A stretch of DNA of 64,000 nt from Camelus dromedarius (Eukaryota): positions 28,212,001-28,276,000 of the forward strand of contig NC_087437.1 of the NCBI RefSeq assembly GCF_036321535.1, in the 5' to 3' direction. Below are positions 1-12,874 of the stretch, one piece after another; within the stretch, counting starts at the first letter, position 1; every line of letters begins with the position of its first letter. The notes beneath the pieces were generated by a model that did no database searches, was not told the DNA's origin, and saw only the letters and a program-made list of their open reading frames with translations. Position numbers and translations under genes: made by a program.

Positions 1-49
1 CCATACTTTGGATACTTAATTGGGACCCTGCCCTGTAACAGTTTGTGGG

Positions 50-220
50 GAAATGTGAGGAACAAAACAAACTCTTACCTTCATGGAGCTGTTATTCCAG
101 TAGGAGGATACAGAGATGAACAAAGAGCGAATAGAGATATGACAGGTATAAGCGCTATAAAGACAAATGAAACAGGAATGAGGGATGGAGAATGTCTGAG
201 ATGGGAAATTACTATTTTAA
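50..220 (-). mobile_element. LINE-2 (L2) fragment, ancient
   Basis: 'ccttcatggagctgttattccagtaggagg...ataagcgctataaagacaaatgaaacagg' resembles the antisense L2 3' region; boundaries approximate. Confidence 0.5.
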
Positions 221-861
221 TCCAATTATTATAACCCACTAATTAAAATTATTCCTTTTGAAATTAGTAAAACTAATACTCCAATCTATGTATATCTTCC
301 TTCCTCCCTCCCTCCCTCTCTCCTATCCTCCTTTCCTTCTTCCCTCCTTGTTTCCTTCCTCACCTCATCTTTGGTTAACTATTCTTCCTCTTCAAGCATT
401 GCCATAACACAGTGGTGAAAGCAAATAATATATTTTATTTACTGTGGGTTTTTCTGACTTTCCCAAGAAGGACATTTAGATAATTTCAGAAACATTAATG
501 TATTATCAGAAGATAAACACCATGAAGAAATTTTCATAAAAGGAAAATAAAATGTGGTAAAACAAAATGAAAACATGCCATGAAGCCTTATACTGCTGCT
601 AAAATTCCACCAATTTGGCTCTGGGCTTCTGGCAAACAAAGAGGGGGGGAAATTAGCTATGAAATTAAAATAATCATAAGGTAAAACAAGACAATTGCTA
701 GGGTGACATACGGCTAGACTATTGCCACAGCTAGCCCTCCTAAAGAGGCCACTTCACAATGAAGTCATAACATCCCAGCAGCGTCTTTCTTCATTGGGTG
801 GCTTCTGACTGAGAGGATCCAAATGTGAAGTATAACTCTGTGCTACTGGAGTTCACAGTCC

Positions 862-1081
862 TTTTTCTTTTTTTTTTTTTTTTGAAGTACAGTCAGTTAC
901 AATGTGTCAGTCTCTGGTGTGCAGCACAATTTCCTAGTCATGCATATACACACATATATTCATTTTCATACTTTTTTCATCAGTTTATTACAAGATATTG
1001 AACATAGTTCCCTGTGCTATACAAAGAAACTTTTTTAAAAAATACATTTTTATGTGTAGTGGCTAACATTTGCACATCTCA
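862..1081 (-). mobile_element. Young lineage-specific L1 3' end (5'-truncated)
   Basis: Poly(T) at 862-883, then 'gaagtacagtcagttacaatgtgtcagtctctggtgtgcagcac...caagatattgaacatagttccctgtgctatac'; homologous to copies at 26071, 31290 and 54643. Confidence 0.9.
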
Positions 1082-3417
1082 CAATCTTGAGGGCATCCAC
1101 CACACACCCAGGAAAATACTACTACTTTAAGAGATACTGTATTAAAGTAGTGTGTCACAAATTAAAATTGCGGAGAAGGGAGAATTCACTGTGGGCTTAT
1201 ATCATGAATATTTTTTTTCTTGGAAAGACTAATTTCAACTTTGATCCTCTAGAACCTGGGATTAAAGGAGAAGAAACAAAGTTTATCCAAGGTCCAGGGA
1301 GGATGGCAGCATTAGAGTGTAGGTAGATTTCAATATGATTTGTTTTGGAGACAGTAAGGAAATCATACCGACTTGAGCAGAAGCTTAATTTTATAAAATA
1401 GTGGGAGGAGAGATTAAGACAGGAGATGATCTAGTTGTACAGGGTAGCTTGGTGCTTCAAGCTTCAGGTTCTAAATTAGGGGTATGTTGATATAATCCAG
1501 GAGATGTATGAACTCTTTGATATAATACATGATTGTGAATGTGTATACATACGTGGGCTTATCTGGAAAAAGTGCCTGTCTTGTTCACAATTTTCTGAAA
1601 GGAACCAAATCTCCTTATACCAGTACTTCAAAACAACAACAAAAATGTATAAAACCATTGCCAAACCATCAGTGATTAATTAGCCGTGAACGTTCTGTAA
1701 TAAGGAGGGTTGCTGGGCTTTAACTGAAAATTTAGAGGCTACTACATTAAGTTGTTTCTGTTTCTGATAAAGACAATAAGCAAAGTATAACTAAAATATG
1801 AACTCATTTTAAGAAACTTGGCTTGGAAATTGTGATTTGATGAACAAACAAAGAAGAGAGCCCAGAGTTATTTTTCTCTTGTTCATGTGATGTTAAAGGC
1901 AACAATCCCAAAACTTTGGCAGCTAGAATTTCCCACACCCTGCCCAGCCCTTCCTCCACTCAGTTTACTCCTAAATGGTTGATTCAAGTCCGTTCCAGTA
2001 TAGGAATTACGTGGTCACACTGGAATGTCACCCTCAGGTTCAGGAACACAAAATGGCTATTAACAACCATGATATTCCAATCGAATAAGAATGATTTTCA
2101 TTATTACATTTTTCACAAAATGAAATTATTGCAACATAATTTATAGATCACCAACCCATCTTCTACCGAGTAGAATTGAATTCTTCTTTTAGAAAGTCTA
2201 ATGACCATAAGAGATATAAAAATGCAGCTTTTTAAAGGCTCAAGGTAGTTGATGATAGCAATAAAAAGCAATGAAGTCAGTATTAGGCAAACATGAGAAA
2301 TAAAATGAACTAAAATTGTTTTAGGATTCAAAGAATGTAGTTTCTTTCAAACCAAAATCTCTAAGCATATAAAATCTCATGTAAATCAAATCTAATTTAC
2401 TCTGCCAACTGGATTTGTTTACTTTGGGGTATTTTATAATGTTCTTCTTCATGTTTTCAATTACCAAAAAAAAAAAAAAAGGTAATTATCTTTAAATTAA
2501 GGCATATAGGACAGCTGATTTTGTAGTAAACTCATGAAAACAAATTTGTGTTTCCCCATGGCATAATATCATAATATTGTGGTTAGAAACAATCACATGT
2601 TCCTGTAAGATGTAAAACTTTGTCCTTCCTGACTATGCATCATTGTAAAAACTTAAATGTAATCTGTAACGTCTAGAAACTGGCTGAATACATGGTGTAT
2701 GCTCAATGAAGACTACTGGCTCATTTGAAGGGTCCTGGTCTGCTCCTGTTTCCCCAGAAGCTTGTTTAAACAAAGTAACTGGATACATTCATTGGTTCCC
2801 CAGCCATTGTGGCCCCTACTCAGGTAGTGGCACAGTTAAAAAGCTCATGGCTAGTAGGTACTGTATGGGACTATACCTGAACACTAAATCCTTTGCCCCT
2901 AGGTTGTGGCACTGCCAATTCATCAGCCAGGTGACCATAAAAGTGACTCTATTCCCTCTTACTATGTCATCCAACACAGCCCTTTTGCATTCTGCCTAAA
3001 TAATACTTTTATGTTCAAAGCCATTATATTTTATTTTATTCAATGGTCAATATTACTGGTTAAAGCCCATGATAACTAACCTCTAGGGCATCTTGCTAAT
3101 GAAATGTATTCCCTACTTGATCAATTTAGCCATATTCTTTCCTTAGCCTTTTCACTGTCTTAGATCTACCAAAAAATATGTGAGATATATATATATACAC
3201 ATGCACACATACACACGTGTTATATATACGATGTATGTTGTGTAGATGTCTATCATCTAGCTAGCTAGCTAGAAAGAGATGGTAAAATAGAAACGTGTGA
3301 ATAGGGTGCAGCAAGCATACTCACTCACTCAATCCTATATGTTTCTCAACACCCTTGGGAAAATGTTTTGCCTCTTATGTATCTGTTAATTTATTTCATA
3401 TTTAGAAAAGAAAGATC

Positions 3418-3615
3418 TGGGGAGGGGAGAATGAGGGATTTTTATTTAATGAGTACAGAGTTCCATTTTGCCAGATGAAAGTGTTCTGTGCATGGATGGT
3501 GATGACGGCAGCATGAGGGTGTGAGTGTATTAATGTCACTGACAGGTACACTTAGAAAAGGTTAAGATGGTAACTTTCATGCTATGTGTATCTTATCACA
3601 ATTTTTTAAAAAAAA
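3418..3615 (+). mobile_element. L1MB-like 3' UTR end
   Basis: 'ttaatgagtacagagttccattttgccagatgaaagtgttctg...ggttaagatggtaactttcatgctatgtgtatcttatcacaat' followed by an A-rich tail. Confidence 0.8.
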
Positions 3616-3689
3616 TCTATTTGTTAATCTACTCTGGCTAAATACTTCTTCTATTACAGAAAATGTTGTTCATATTTAAGTAACCATCT

Positions 3690-4240
3690 TCAAAAACATT
3701 TAATGGGTCCCCATGAACTGATATAACAACAACAATACAATGTAAATGACTTAGCATAACTTCGATGGCCCCCTAGTCTGACCTTATTTCATTTCTCTGT
3801 GATCCTGTCACTGGCTATTTAAGGCATAGCTCAAGGTATTTCATTTACTTTCGTACTACCAATCTTAGCTAGCTCATGCTCTTCACTCTTTTTGGAAGTC
3901 TCTTCCTTCTTCTCTTTCTTATAAAACGCATTCTCATCTTCCAAGATCAAGGTAAAATGTTCCATCTGCCCTTAAGCGTTGTGGAATTCAGATAGCTCCA
4001 AATAATATTGGATTTCTGTATAAACCCAAGATGCTACACACATATTACCACAAGTAATTTATTTACTTTTCTTTTGCTTATTTTTCGTTGACCAGTCACA
4101 ATATAGCTGGACCCTCCCTTGCCAACATGCAAACAAATCTATTGGAAAGCACAATCTATATAGTACTTTTCCATCTATGTCTGTTTACCTCTTGATAGAG
4201 TGTTTTCAGGATAGTAGACACAGAAATGTTTGTTGACTAC
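3690..4240 (+). mobile_element. L2 fragment, highly diverged
   Basis: 'ctcatcttccaagatcaaggtaaaatg' and 3'-end-like 'atagtagacacagaaatgtttgttga'. Confidence 0.45.
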
Positions 4241-5129
4241 TTGCTATATAATATGTCAAGATTGGTAACATGAGCACCTCCTTTTAGACACTAGCTCAGA
4301 AAGTTTAAAGTGACAAACCTCGTGACAATTCAGAAAGTTGAAGAACAAGCAAAATAAGAATAAATTGGCTCTGTTCTACCTAAAGGCATTTTTTAAATTA
4401 CTAGTTCAATGTTAAATTACAAAATACTCATTTTGTTAAAATGAAGGCTTCGTCAATTTTAGACAACTAAATTATATATTTAGCAAATTTGGCACAATTG
4501 TTAATTGAAGGAAAATACCAGAATCATGGACGGTCCTATGAAAATATGAGTCTCCAAAAATTAATTAAGCTGTATCATAAATAAACGGATTTACTTTGGC
4601 ACACAATGTTCGTTCTTTGCTGCTGCTATTCTGTGTTGCTCAACCTTGGGCTTTGCATGGATATAATAAGCTAGTTTTTGTTAGAAAGTCAGATTATAAA
4701 GCTAGTAGCTGCTGGAAAATTTGGCTGGCCTCTGTGGAAACCAATTTATGTGGCTGGCATAAGTGTTGTTAATGAGAACGTCTCTGAAAATTTGACATTT
4801 GGTGTGATTTTCTGGCTTGACATTAACTAAATTCAGTCCCATTCTTCAATTTCATGATTATCATTTGCAGTTTGTAAAAATAATAATCACAGCATGCTTT
4901 CCCCACTTCTTCTTCCTTTCTGGCAGCAAAAGAATATACCCATTCCTTGTTCTGTGGAAGGCCAGGGGTAGAATGCCTTCATCCTTTGTTAGTAGAATAT
5001 AAGTTAGATTCTCCTTCTTTCCCACTCATTTAGTTATATCATAGGACCCATTCTAACCAGAACATTTGGGTGGGGTATTATAAATTGTTTAAAATATTTT
5101 AACTGTAGCTATTGTAATAATTATAATGT

Positions 5130-6005
5130 ATTTGCTTGGTACAAGAATTTAAAGTTACTGAAGGGCATTTGATGAAAATTCTGCCTCCCACATAAGTGCC
5201 ATCCAAATACCCAGTTCCTCAGGTGGCAACCCAGCTACGTTTCCTGTGTAACTGCCTAAAGATGTTCGTCATACACAAATAAGCAAAATGTATATTTATT
5301 CTCATTTTGCCCTTTTGTTTATACTAATCATAGCATCCTGTACACATATTCATTTGATTTATCTTGACGATTATTCCATTTACATAAACAAAGTGTCATC
5401 CCATTATTTTCCTGTTTCTCATTAACTCTTGTAAACTAAGGATTGTGTCATGCATACATTAATCATGCATACGTGTATGTGTGTATATAGCATATGCATC
5501 TATATAGCATACAAAAGATGCATATAATAATAATAATGTGACCACTCATGTAGCTACCCCACAACTTGATAAAGAATATTACCCATAAATTGAAAACCCA
5601 TGTGCATTACTTTCTAGTCAAATTTCCTCTTTTTCACCACTGAGTTTTTTTTAAATTGTTATATATTTAACAACCTCTTACTTTTAATGTTTTGCCACAA
5701 ATGTGTATATATATATGCTTACTTATTTTCATGTTATGTGTGTTTGAGCAATAATAGCAGTCCATCACCTTAACCACTCGGCCACCTCATCCCATGTTGT
5801 TTGAGCAATAATAAAAAAAGGAAATCATACTGCATGTATTTTTCTACAACATACTTTTTACATCAGCTGTGTAATTCATCTATGTTAATGCTCATAATGA
5901 TAGTTCATTACTTTTCATCATTACATGAAGACCACATTGGATTATCCATGGTTGTATGGAAAACATATGAATTGTTTCCAATGTTTTGCTGTTGTATTTA
6001 TAACA
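5130..6005 (-). mobile_element. Old L1M (L1ME-like) 3' fragments; host of the tRNA-half insertion
   Basis: Antisense L1 3'UTR-like phrases ('ggaaatcatactgcatgtattt', 'atagttcattacttttcat'); very degraded. Confidence 0.5.
5755..5791 (-). pseudogene. Retroposed 5' half of tRNA-Ser(GCU), tailless retropseudogene
   Basis: Reverse complement GATGAGGTGGCCGAGTGGTTAAGGTGATGGACTGCTA matches nt 1-37 of mammalian tRNA-Ser(GCT) as I recall it (GACGAGGTGGCCGAGTGGTTAAGGCGATGGACTGCTA), differing by two CpG>TpG changes; 16-bp direct repeat tgtttgagcaataata at 5741-5756 and 5798-5813. Confidence 0.9.
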
Positions 6006-6014
6006 CTACCATTA

Positions 6015-6094
<80 letters not shown>

Positions 6095-6098
6095 TTTT
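6015..6098. repeat. Compound microsatellite (GCTT)n(CTTT)n
   Basis: Directly visible tetranucleotide arrays. Confidence 0.95.
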
Positions 6099-6248
6099 TA
6101 ACTTGCTGCTGTTGTTGTTGTTTTGGGTTTTTTTGGGGGGGGAGCAATTAGGTTTATTTATTTATTTATTTAATGGAGGTATTGGGCATTGAACCCAGGA
6201 CCTCATGCATGCTAAGCATGCACCTTACCACTAAGCCATGCCCTCCCC
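6019..6248 (-). mobile_element. vic-1-type tRNA-Ala-derived SINE with expanded microsatellite tail
   Basis: Reverse complement reads GGGGAGGGCATGGCTTAGTGGTAAGGTGCATGCTTAGCATGCATGAGGTCCTGGGTTCAATGCCC (A and B boxes); TSD ct(a/g)ccattagctt at 6006-6018 and 6249-6261. Confidence 0.9.
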
Positions 6249-6261
6249 CTGCCATTAGCTT

Positions 6262-8875
6262 TCTTGTATAAGTCTCCCGCACGTCAGAGTTTCTCTACAA
6301 AATGTACCTGATAGTGGAAGTGTTGAGTCATGGAGTGTGAGCACCATCAACTTTACTAGATGATACCAAATTGTTTTCCCAAGTGCTTACATAGATTCAC
6401 ACTGCTGCCACCGCTGTTTTACATTCCCAGTATACTTTTTAGTTTTTGCAAATCTGTGAGTGTAAAATTGCATCTCACTTGATTTTCTTTTCTGTTATTA
6501 CAAATTAGGTCAGGAATCTTTTCACAGGTGTATGGGTCATTATTTTTTTTTCTCTTCTTGGAAATAGGTATTCATGTGGTATAACTACAGAGGAGAGTAT
6601 AAAACATGTAGGCACAATTTGAAGTATGACTACAAAGTAAACTCTTGTGTCACTATAATTCATGTAAAATTCAAAACATTTCTAACATTCTAGAAGCTCC
6701 ATTATGTCCACTCCTGCTCTTTACTTGTTGATCCTTCCAGAGGTAACAATTCTTCTGACTTTTAACCATTTTATTTCTGTTGTTGGTTGTTTTATCACTC
6801 ATACATGTATTCCTAATCATAGAACTTAGTTGTGTCTGTGTATAAATATTATAAAAATAGAATCATAACATATGCATCTTTTATGCCTTGTTTTTCACAT
6901 TACATGCTTGTAAAAATTTTTATAGATAACTCCATTTAATGCTGTATAGGATTTCACAGAAAAAATATAGCACAATTAATTTCTCCATTCCACTCTTTTT
7001 AGACATTTTGGTTATTCCTAGCTTGAGCTATTTGCGTCCTATATGAACATTATTGTATGTGTTTCCTGGAGTGCAGACAGAAGAGATTATCTTAAACAGA
7101 TACTAGGGGTAGCACTGCTGGGTCATAGGGTATGTCTATGTTCAACTCATTTATATAATGCCAGTTGTTTTCCAAAATTAAACATCAAAGTTATACTTTT
7201 ATCAATAATCTATGACATTTTGTACTGCTCCAAATTTTTACCACTTCTTGATTCAGTCTATTTTTCTTTTTTAAACCAGTCTGGTAAATTTATAATAACA
7301 TATCGCAGTAGTTTCCACTTCTGTGTCTCTTTTTATCATTACTTCATATTTTTTATTATTTGTATTTCTTCTTTTGTGAAATGTCCTTTTTATTGAGTTA
7401 TCTTTTTATTGAGGAATTTAGAAATTGTTTTAATAGTTTAGACATATTCCTTGCAGTTATATGTCAAAAATATCTTCTCCCATTCAGTAGCTAATTTTTC
7501 ATCTATATTATGATCTCTTTTGACGTATAGTTTTTATTTCAATATAGTAGAACTTATCAATCTTTTAATTTATCTTTAGTTCTTGTTTTGTTTTTCATTT
7601 AATTTTTTTTTACTTTTCTTGAGGTTATAAAGTAATTGTCCAATAGTAGCATAACTAACTTTAAATTCTATTCTTTTAAAAATTAAACATTTGCTATTCA
7701 GGAAGGCAACTGATACTTGCACATTGATACTTTCTTTCTAAAGTAACCTTTTAAAATTTGCTCATTAAATCAAATGATTTATTAGGAGACTGTATTGACT
7801 TTCTTTGTTGGCAGACATAGTATCTATTAAAAATGTTAATTTTTTCCTTCCTTTCTAAATAATGTGCCCTTTTGTTTATCTTATTTTCCTAGCTTGGATA
7901 TCAAGATATATGCTGAATGCAAATGATGAAGTGGGCATCATTTTAGACATTTTGGTTATTTCTAGCTTTAGCTATTTCAATCCTATATGAATATTGTGTT
8001 CAAAATCTCAAATCATGTTTTTAAAATCTTCTTTTATTCCTAGTTTCCTACAAATTTTAACATGAATTGATTTTAAGTGTTATTGAAATGTAATATAAAT
8101 CAACCATACTTCAAAAGATACATTGTTGAATGTTTTTCTTCATTGAGGTAATCCATTAGATGACCTTATTGTTTTTCTTCTTTAATCTATTAATAAAGTG
8201 ATATTAAACCAATTTTTTATTCCTAGGATATAACTAACTTGCTCATAAGTTAACCTTGAGAGGCAGTTCCCTCCCATTTTTTTCCCCTTCCCATTGCCAA
8301 GGTAAAAATATCAACCCAGAACTACATTAAAGTAAATTCTTTGCTTGAGGTATTTCAGATCTCACTATTAGTTTGAATTTGGGTCACACATCCAAGTAAG
8401 AGTTAACTTGTGATTCCATTTACTAAGGGATAATGTTTTATCCTTTGATTCACAACCATAGCCCATATAGACATGTTATCTATGTTTGCATGGGCTCCCC
8501 ACCCACAACCCAACTCAGTAGCATCTTTATTAAGGTTGTAGCCCCTTGAGGTTCCATTTTTATGAGGGAATCTGATTCAGTTCCCCACAGTGCATGAATC
8601 TGGCCTTTTCTCCTGTCTTACATGGCTCTTCACGCTGAAGCTGTATGTCATCAAGAAACAGCAAGTTCTTTAGGCCACCACTAGTTTAGCACCTGCTTGC
8701 CTCTAAATCTGTACTTTCGCTTCATTCTGACTTTTAAAGACTTCTCTTACTTTATTGAAAACTTAGCCCAGTCTCTAAATATTTTTTTTTTAACATTAAT
8801 ACATTATGTTTAGTTGCTTTTAGTGGAAGGATTTTCCTGGCTACCTGGTGTACCATATTGAGGCAAATGAAAATC
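6262..8875 (-). mobile_element. Old L1M fragments (3'UTR, ORF2 remnant and 5'-end-like sequence), internally deleted
   Basis: Antisense L1 motifs e.g. 'gtagcactgctgggtcatagggtatg', 'aatatcttctcccattcagtag', 'ctgaatgcaaatgatgaagtgggcatc'. Confidence 0.65.
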
Positions 8876-8879
8876 ACTT

Positions 8880-9530
8880 TTTATATGGCCACACGGTATT
8901 CAATTGTGTGTGTGTAACATCACCTATGTAGCCATATAGTTTTTGTTTCTAATGTTTATAAACAATGCTATGAAAGTCATTTCACAGAACAGCAGTATAT
9001 AAATAAAAAGTTTTGGCACTACAGAGACAATGGGTTATACACCTCAACACTGTGAGAGGTATTGCCAAATTGCTCTCCTTAGAGGTTGTGCGACATTACA
9101 TTCGCACCCACAGTGTATGAAACTACTTGTTTCTCTTCACGTGAACAAGAATATCTCCTATCAAACTTTTGTTCTTTGCCAATCTTACTGGAATGAAAAA
9201 TGGCATTATCAGCTTTGGTTTTATTAGCAGTTCTCATACTCTAAGTGAAGGTGAAGTCTTTAACTTATGTTTAAGGACCATTCATAGCTCATAAATTTTA
9301 TGTTCATGTTTGTATTTGTACTCTACTCAGTTTCTGTTGGATTGTTGGTCATTTTAAAATTGATTTATATTTTAGCATATTGTCTGTGATACGAGTTGGC
9401 AACAGTATTTTTCTGTTTTTGTCCTTTTGACCTTGCTTTTTTTGTCAGGCAGGAGACTTATTTTAATAAAATAAAAATTTTCTTCTGGAGTGTATATCAA
9501 TATTGGGAATGCCTTCTAACTTAAGGTGTT
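8880..9530 (-). mobile_element. Old L1M fragment
   Basis: 'gagaggtattgccaaattgctctccttagaggttgtgcgacattacattcgcacccacagtgtatga' is typical antisense L1 ORF2/3' sequence. Confidence 0.7.
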
Positions 9531-11299
9531 ATGAATTGGCCCTTTTATCATTACTTACTCTTTTTTTAATCAAGTTCTTTGTTATTTTTGTTCCCTCCCT
9601 AGAACTTACAAGTACACAGGTTCAGAATATCTATGACTATTTCCCTAATTTCCTATGTATCTGATTTTGCTATCATGCATAATTTTAGAGTCCTGAATAA
9701 GGTACACTCTTATGCAACTGTATTCCATTTCTTTGATATTTAAACCCATCACAGTATTCCTGGAGAAATTGGTAGTTCTTCTCCTAATGGCATGGCTTAT
9801 CTGAGTTAGAGGGAAAGAATAACCACAATTTCCTCCAAGTATTGGAGTATTGTCCATAAATAGTCTATGAACTGAAAAAGAATCTGTACAAAAAGCATCA
9901 AATAATGAGACAGTAATTCCTGTCCCATTCAGCATGATTGGGATAGGCAATGAGCCAGTTAATCAAAAACACGGAAGAGGGGTATCATTTAAAGATAAGT
10001 CATTTAGACTTTTAAACCTAATACATCTATTATTTGTATATATGAATGTGAATATATAGTTATAAGATTTTTTCATATTTGTGAACATATATATATATGA
10101 ATGTACAGTCATGAATAACATTTTGACCCACCAAGAACTTTCATTTGAACATTGCTTGGTTGATTAAAATTCAGTCATCTACCTGAGAAACCAAACTCCT
10201 ACAACAGCATCAACATTTCCCTGTTTGGTCTATTTTAGAGTTTGTATGTGCTTGTGCGTGTGTGCATGCGTGTGTGTTTTAAGCACTCTGGGTGCCAACT
10301 TCTTTTAGAATTTTCAACTTTATTCCAAGCATTTCTTGTTCCTCATTCAAAAACATTTCTTTTATGCATGTATTAAAGACTAGCCCACTGGTTATACTCA
10401 TGCAGGATTATGTAAGCATCTATCAATGTGCAATATAGTAAGAAAGAAGAATTATGGTTAATTCAGTGACTTGGTTAAGTGGAATTAAATTAAGTACACT
10501 TCAATTGCACCTGCCATGGAGAGTGATGGTTATTTCAGTGAGTTGATTAGATAAAGTTAGGTTAAGACAGTTTAAATCACACCTGCTATTTTTAACTTTC
10601 TTAGGAGAGACAGACCTATTTTCAAATCTTTGTTCCCTAATCTTTCATTTTTTTAAAAGGCACATTGAAATAATGTGAGGTTATGGATATAACTTTGTTC
10701 TGAAAAGTAGATTTGTTGGCCAAAAACAAATCTGAGAAAATGATAAAATACTTTTCTCCTTATATAATTGGCACTATTCAATTTAGGATGAGTTTTCCTA
10801 AAATTTTTTCTTGTCTTTAGATGACCTTTCGCTTACAGAAGCTGACAAAATTAGACAGCTTACAGGAGTTGGCAAAAATTCCAGGTTCCTTAATTAGGCA
10901 CATCACACTTCACTTGCTTTTGGTCTCACCTGGAAATCTGAGAAAACACAACCTCAGGGACAGCTGTAGGCCACCAGTTGCACTGAGAGAAGTATAACAG
11001 AAAACAAGTGCCATCTGATATCTGAGAACATCATCATCGTCGTCCTGTTAATCATCAACAGAACTTTCAATTACTGAGCATACGCTGTATGTCTGGCACT
11101 GTCCTCTGTGTTTTATTTGTAAAAAACCTGTAGGGACACTGAAAAGTGAGAATTTATTGTTCACATTTTGCAGACGGGGGAAAGCTCAGTTAGGCAGCAT
11201 TTTATGAAAGGCAGATACTTAACACATTTGAGAACAAGGTTAATAATGGTCTCCTCTCTTTCCTGTTCCATAGGAAACTTTTTCACCAACATACTTTCT

Positions 11300-12175
11300 G
11301 TTAGTTAAAAATCGGGTTTAAAGTAACAAATCAATTTGAGTCAACTTAATAAAAAATGAGAATTAATGAACAGGATATAAGTTCATTTCATGAATCAGTC
11401 AGAGTAACCAGTCAGACATTAGGAAGGGACTAAGATCAGCAATTGGAAAGTCAGCAGAAATCCAGTCTCTGTCTTATGCCCTTTTTGAGTGATTTTGCTT
11501 CATTCTCTTCCCATCTCCGAGCCCCTCTGTCCTGGAACCTCATGAGTTTAGTGGCTATAGTTCCAGCCACATGAAGAAATAATCCTTGAATCCTACTTTC
11601 TAATTCCCTGGAAGGGGAATCTGAATATGACTGACCCAGCTTATGACGTGTCAGGTATTCAGCATTGATAAATCAGTGGGGGTGGCGGGGAAGGTTACAC
11701 AATACTAATATAACAGGAAGGGACATCTCATCCTTGGAAAGGCAGGGGCATTTCTTATAAAAGCAGTGTAGCCAAGACAGCTAATAGCTCACAGAAATCT
11801 GTATTTTCTTCTTGGAACACAGTTGGACTACATGTCTCCGTCTATTTTATAGTTGGGTATAGCAGAGTGACTTCATAGAATGAAGTCTTCATAGAATGAC
11901 TGAAAATGACATATGCCAATTTCAGGCACAGGCCCTTATAAAACTCATACATGTTTCCTTCCTTTTAGGGCTGACTGGAATAGGGTGACCTTGGACACCC
12001 TATGTTTCAGTTAGTAGAACCTTTATAGCCTGGATTTCTAAGTGACTAGGCAGAGTAGGGCTGCTTTGTCAAACTTCTCAAACTACTCACTAGTGTTACA
12101 TGGAAGAAGTAAACTTTTAGTATATTTTGGGATATAACTTTTAAACCAGTAAGTAGATCTCTCCTAACTCATACC
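11300..12175. mobile_element. Two adjacent old MaLR LTR remnants (MLT1-type)
   Basis: 'ggactacatgtctccgtctattttatagttgggtatagcagagtgac', 'gaagaagtaaacttttag' resemble MLT1 LTRs. Confidence 0.45.
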
Positions 12176-12834
12176 ATAAAGAAGGCTCATGGGCTAAAAA
12201 GATATCACAGAAGATATTTCCTATACACATCAACTGTGAGAGAGAAACAGAACTCACAGGAGAATTATAAATAAGCTGCAAAAATAAAATTTCCTTGAAG
12301 TCACCTATTTAATCTCAAAAACTTATTTTATCATATCCATACAGTGACTTTGTATGCACAATATCACTTATGTAATCATGATCATAGCTGAAATCCTGGT
12401 ACTTTCCGCTGCTTAGATCTGGCTCACTCTTAATCATATACTGAGGAGAGAGAATCTGGTTGTTTTCCTTTTCTCCTTTAGGGAAGACATTTCAAAGACA
12501 ACTCATTGTCAAAATATATATGTGATTGTTCTAAAATGAGTAAATATTTTTGTACATAATGCTATACTTAAAAATAGAAATTCCAGGTTAATTCAGCACA
12601 GCCATTGTCCCAAAGGAGATTACTGTCTAATTGAGCAAAAGAGACAGAGTACTCCTACAATGATTAAAGAGCTGTATAAAGTTTTTTAAGTGAAAATGCA
12701 AGTATTCTTTTCAGTATTCAGTTTACTAAAATATGTATTCTCTAACTCACTTTCCTAAAATAAATACCTTTTAAAATCAGTATATTACATGTATTATATA
12801 TGTGTATATATATTTATATAATATATAATGTGTA

Positions 12835-12836
<2 letters not shown>

Positions 12837-12870
<34 letters not shown>
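12837..12870. repeat. (TG)17 microsatellite next to a TA-rich tract
   Basis: Directly visible. Confidence 0.95.

Positions 12871-12874
<4 letters not shown>

Noticed and set aside
2459..2487. 7-bp inverted repeat (aattacc/ggtaatt) around an A15 loop
   Set aside because: Stem too short to exceed chance in AT-rich DNA.
9645..9950. 101-aa minus-strand ORF in non-repeat sequence
   Set aside because: No recognisable homology, non-ATG start and no clear splice context; consistent with chance.
10821..10997. Good acceptor (ttcttgtctttag) followed by ATG and 58 open codons
   Set aside because: No recognisable peptide and no strong donor or partner exon.
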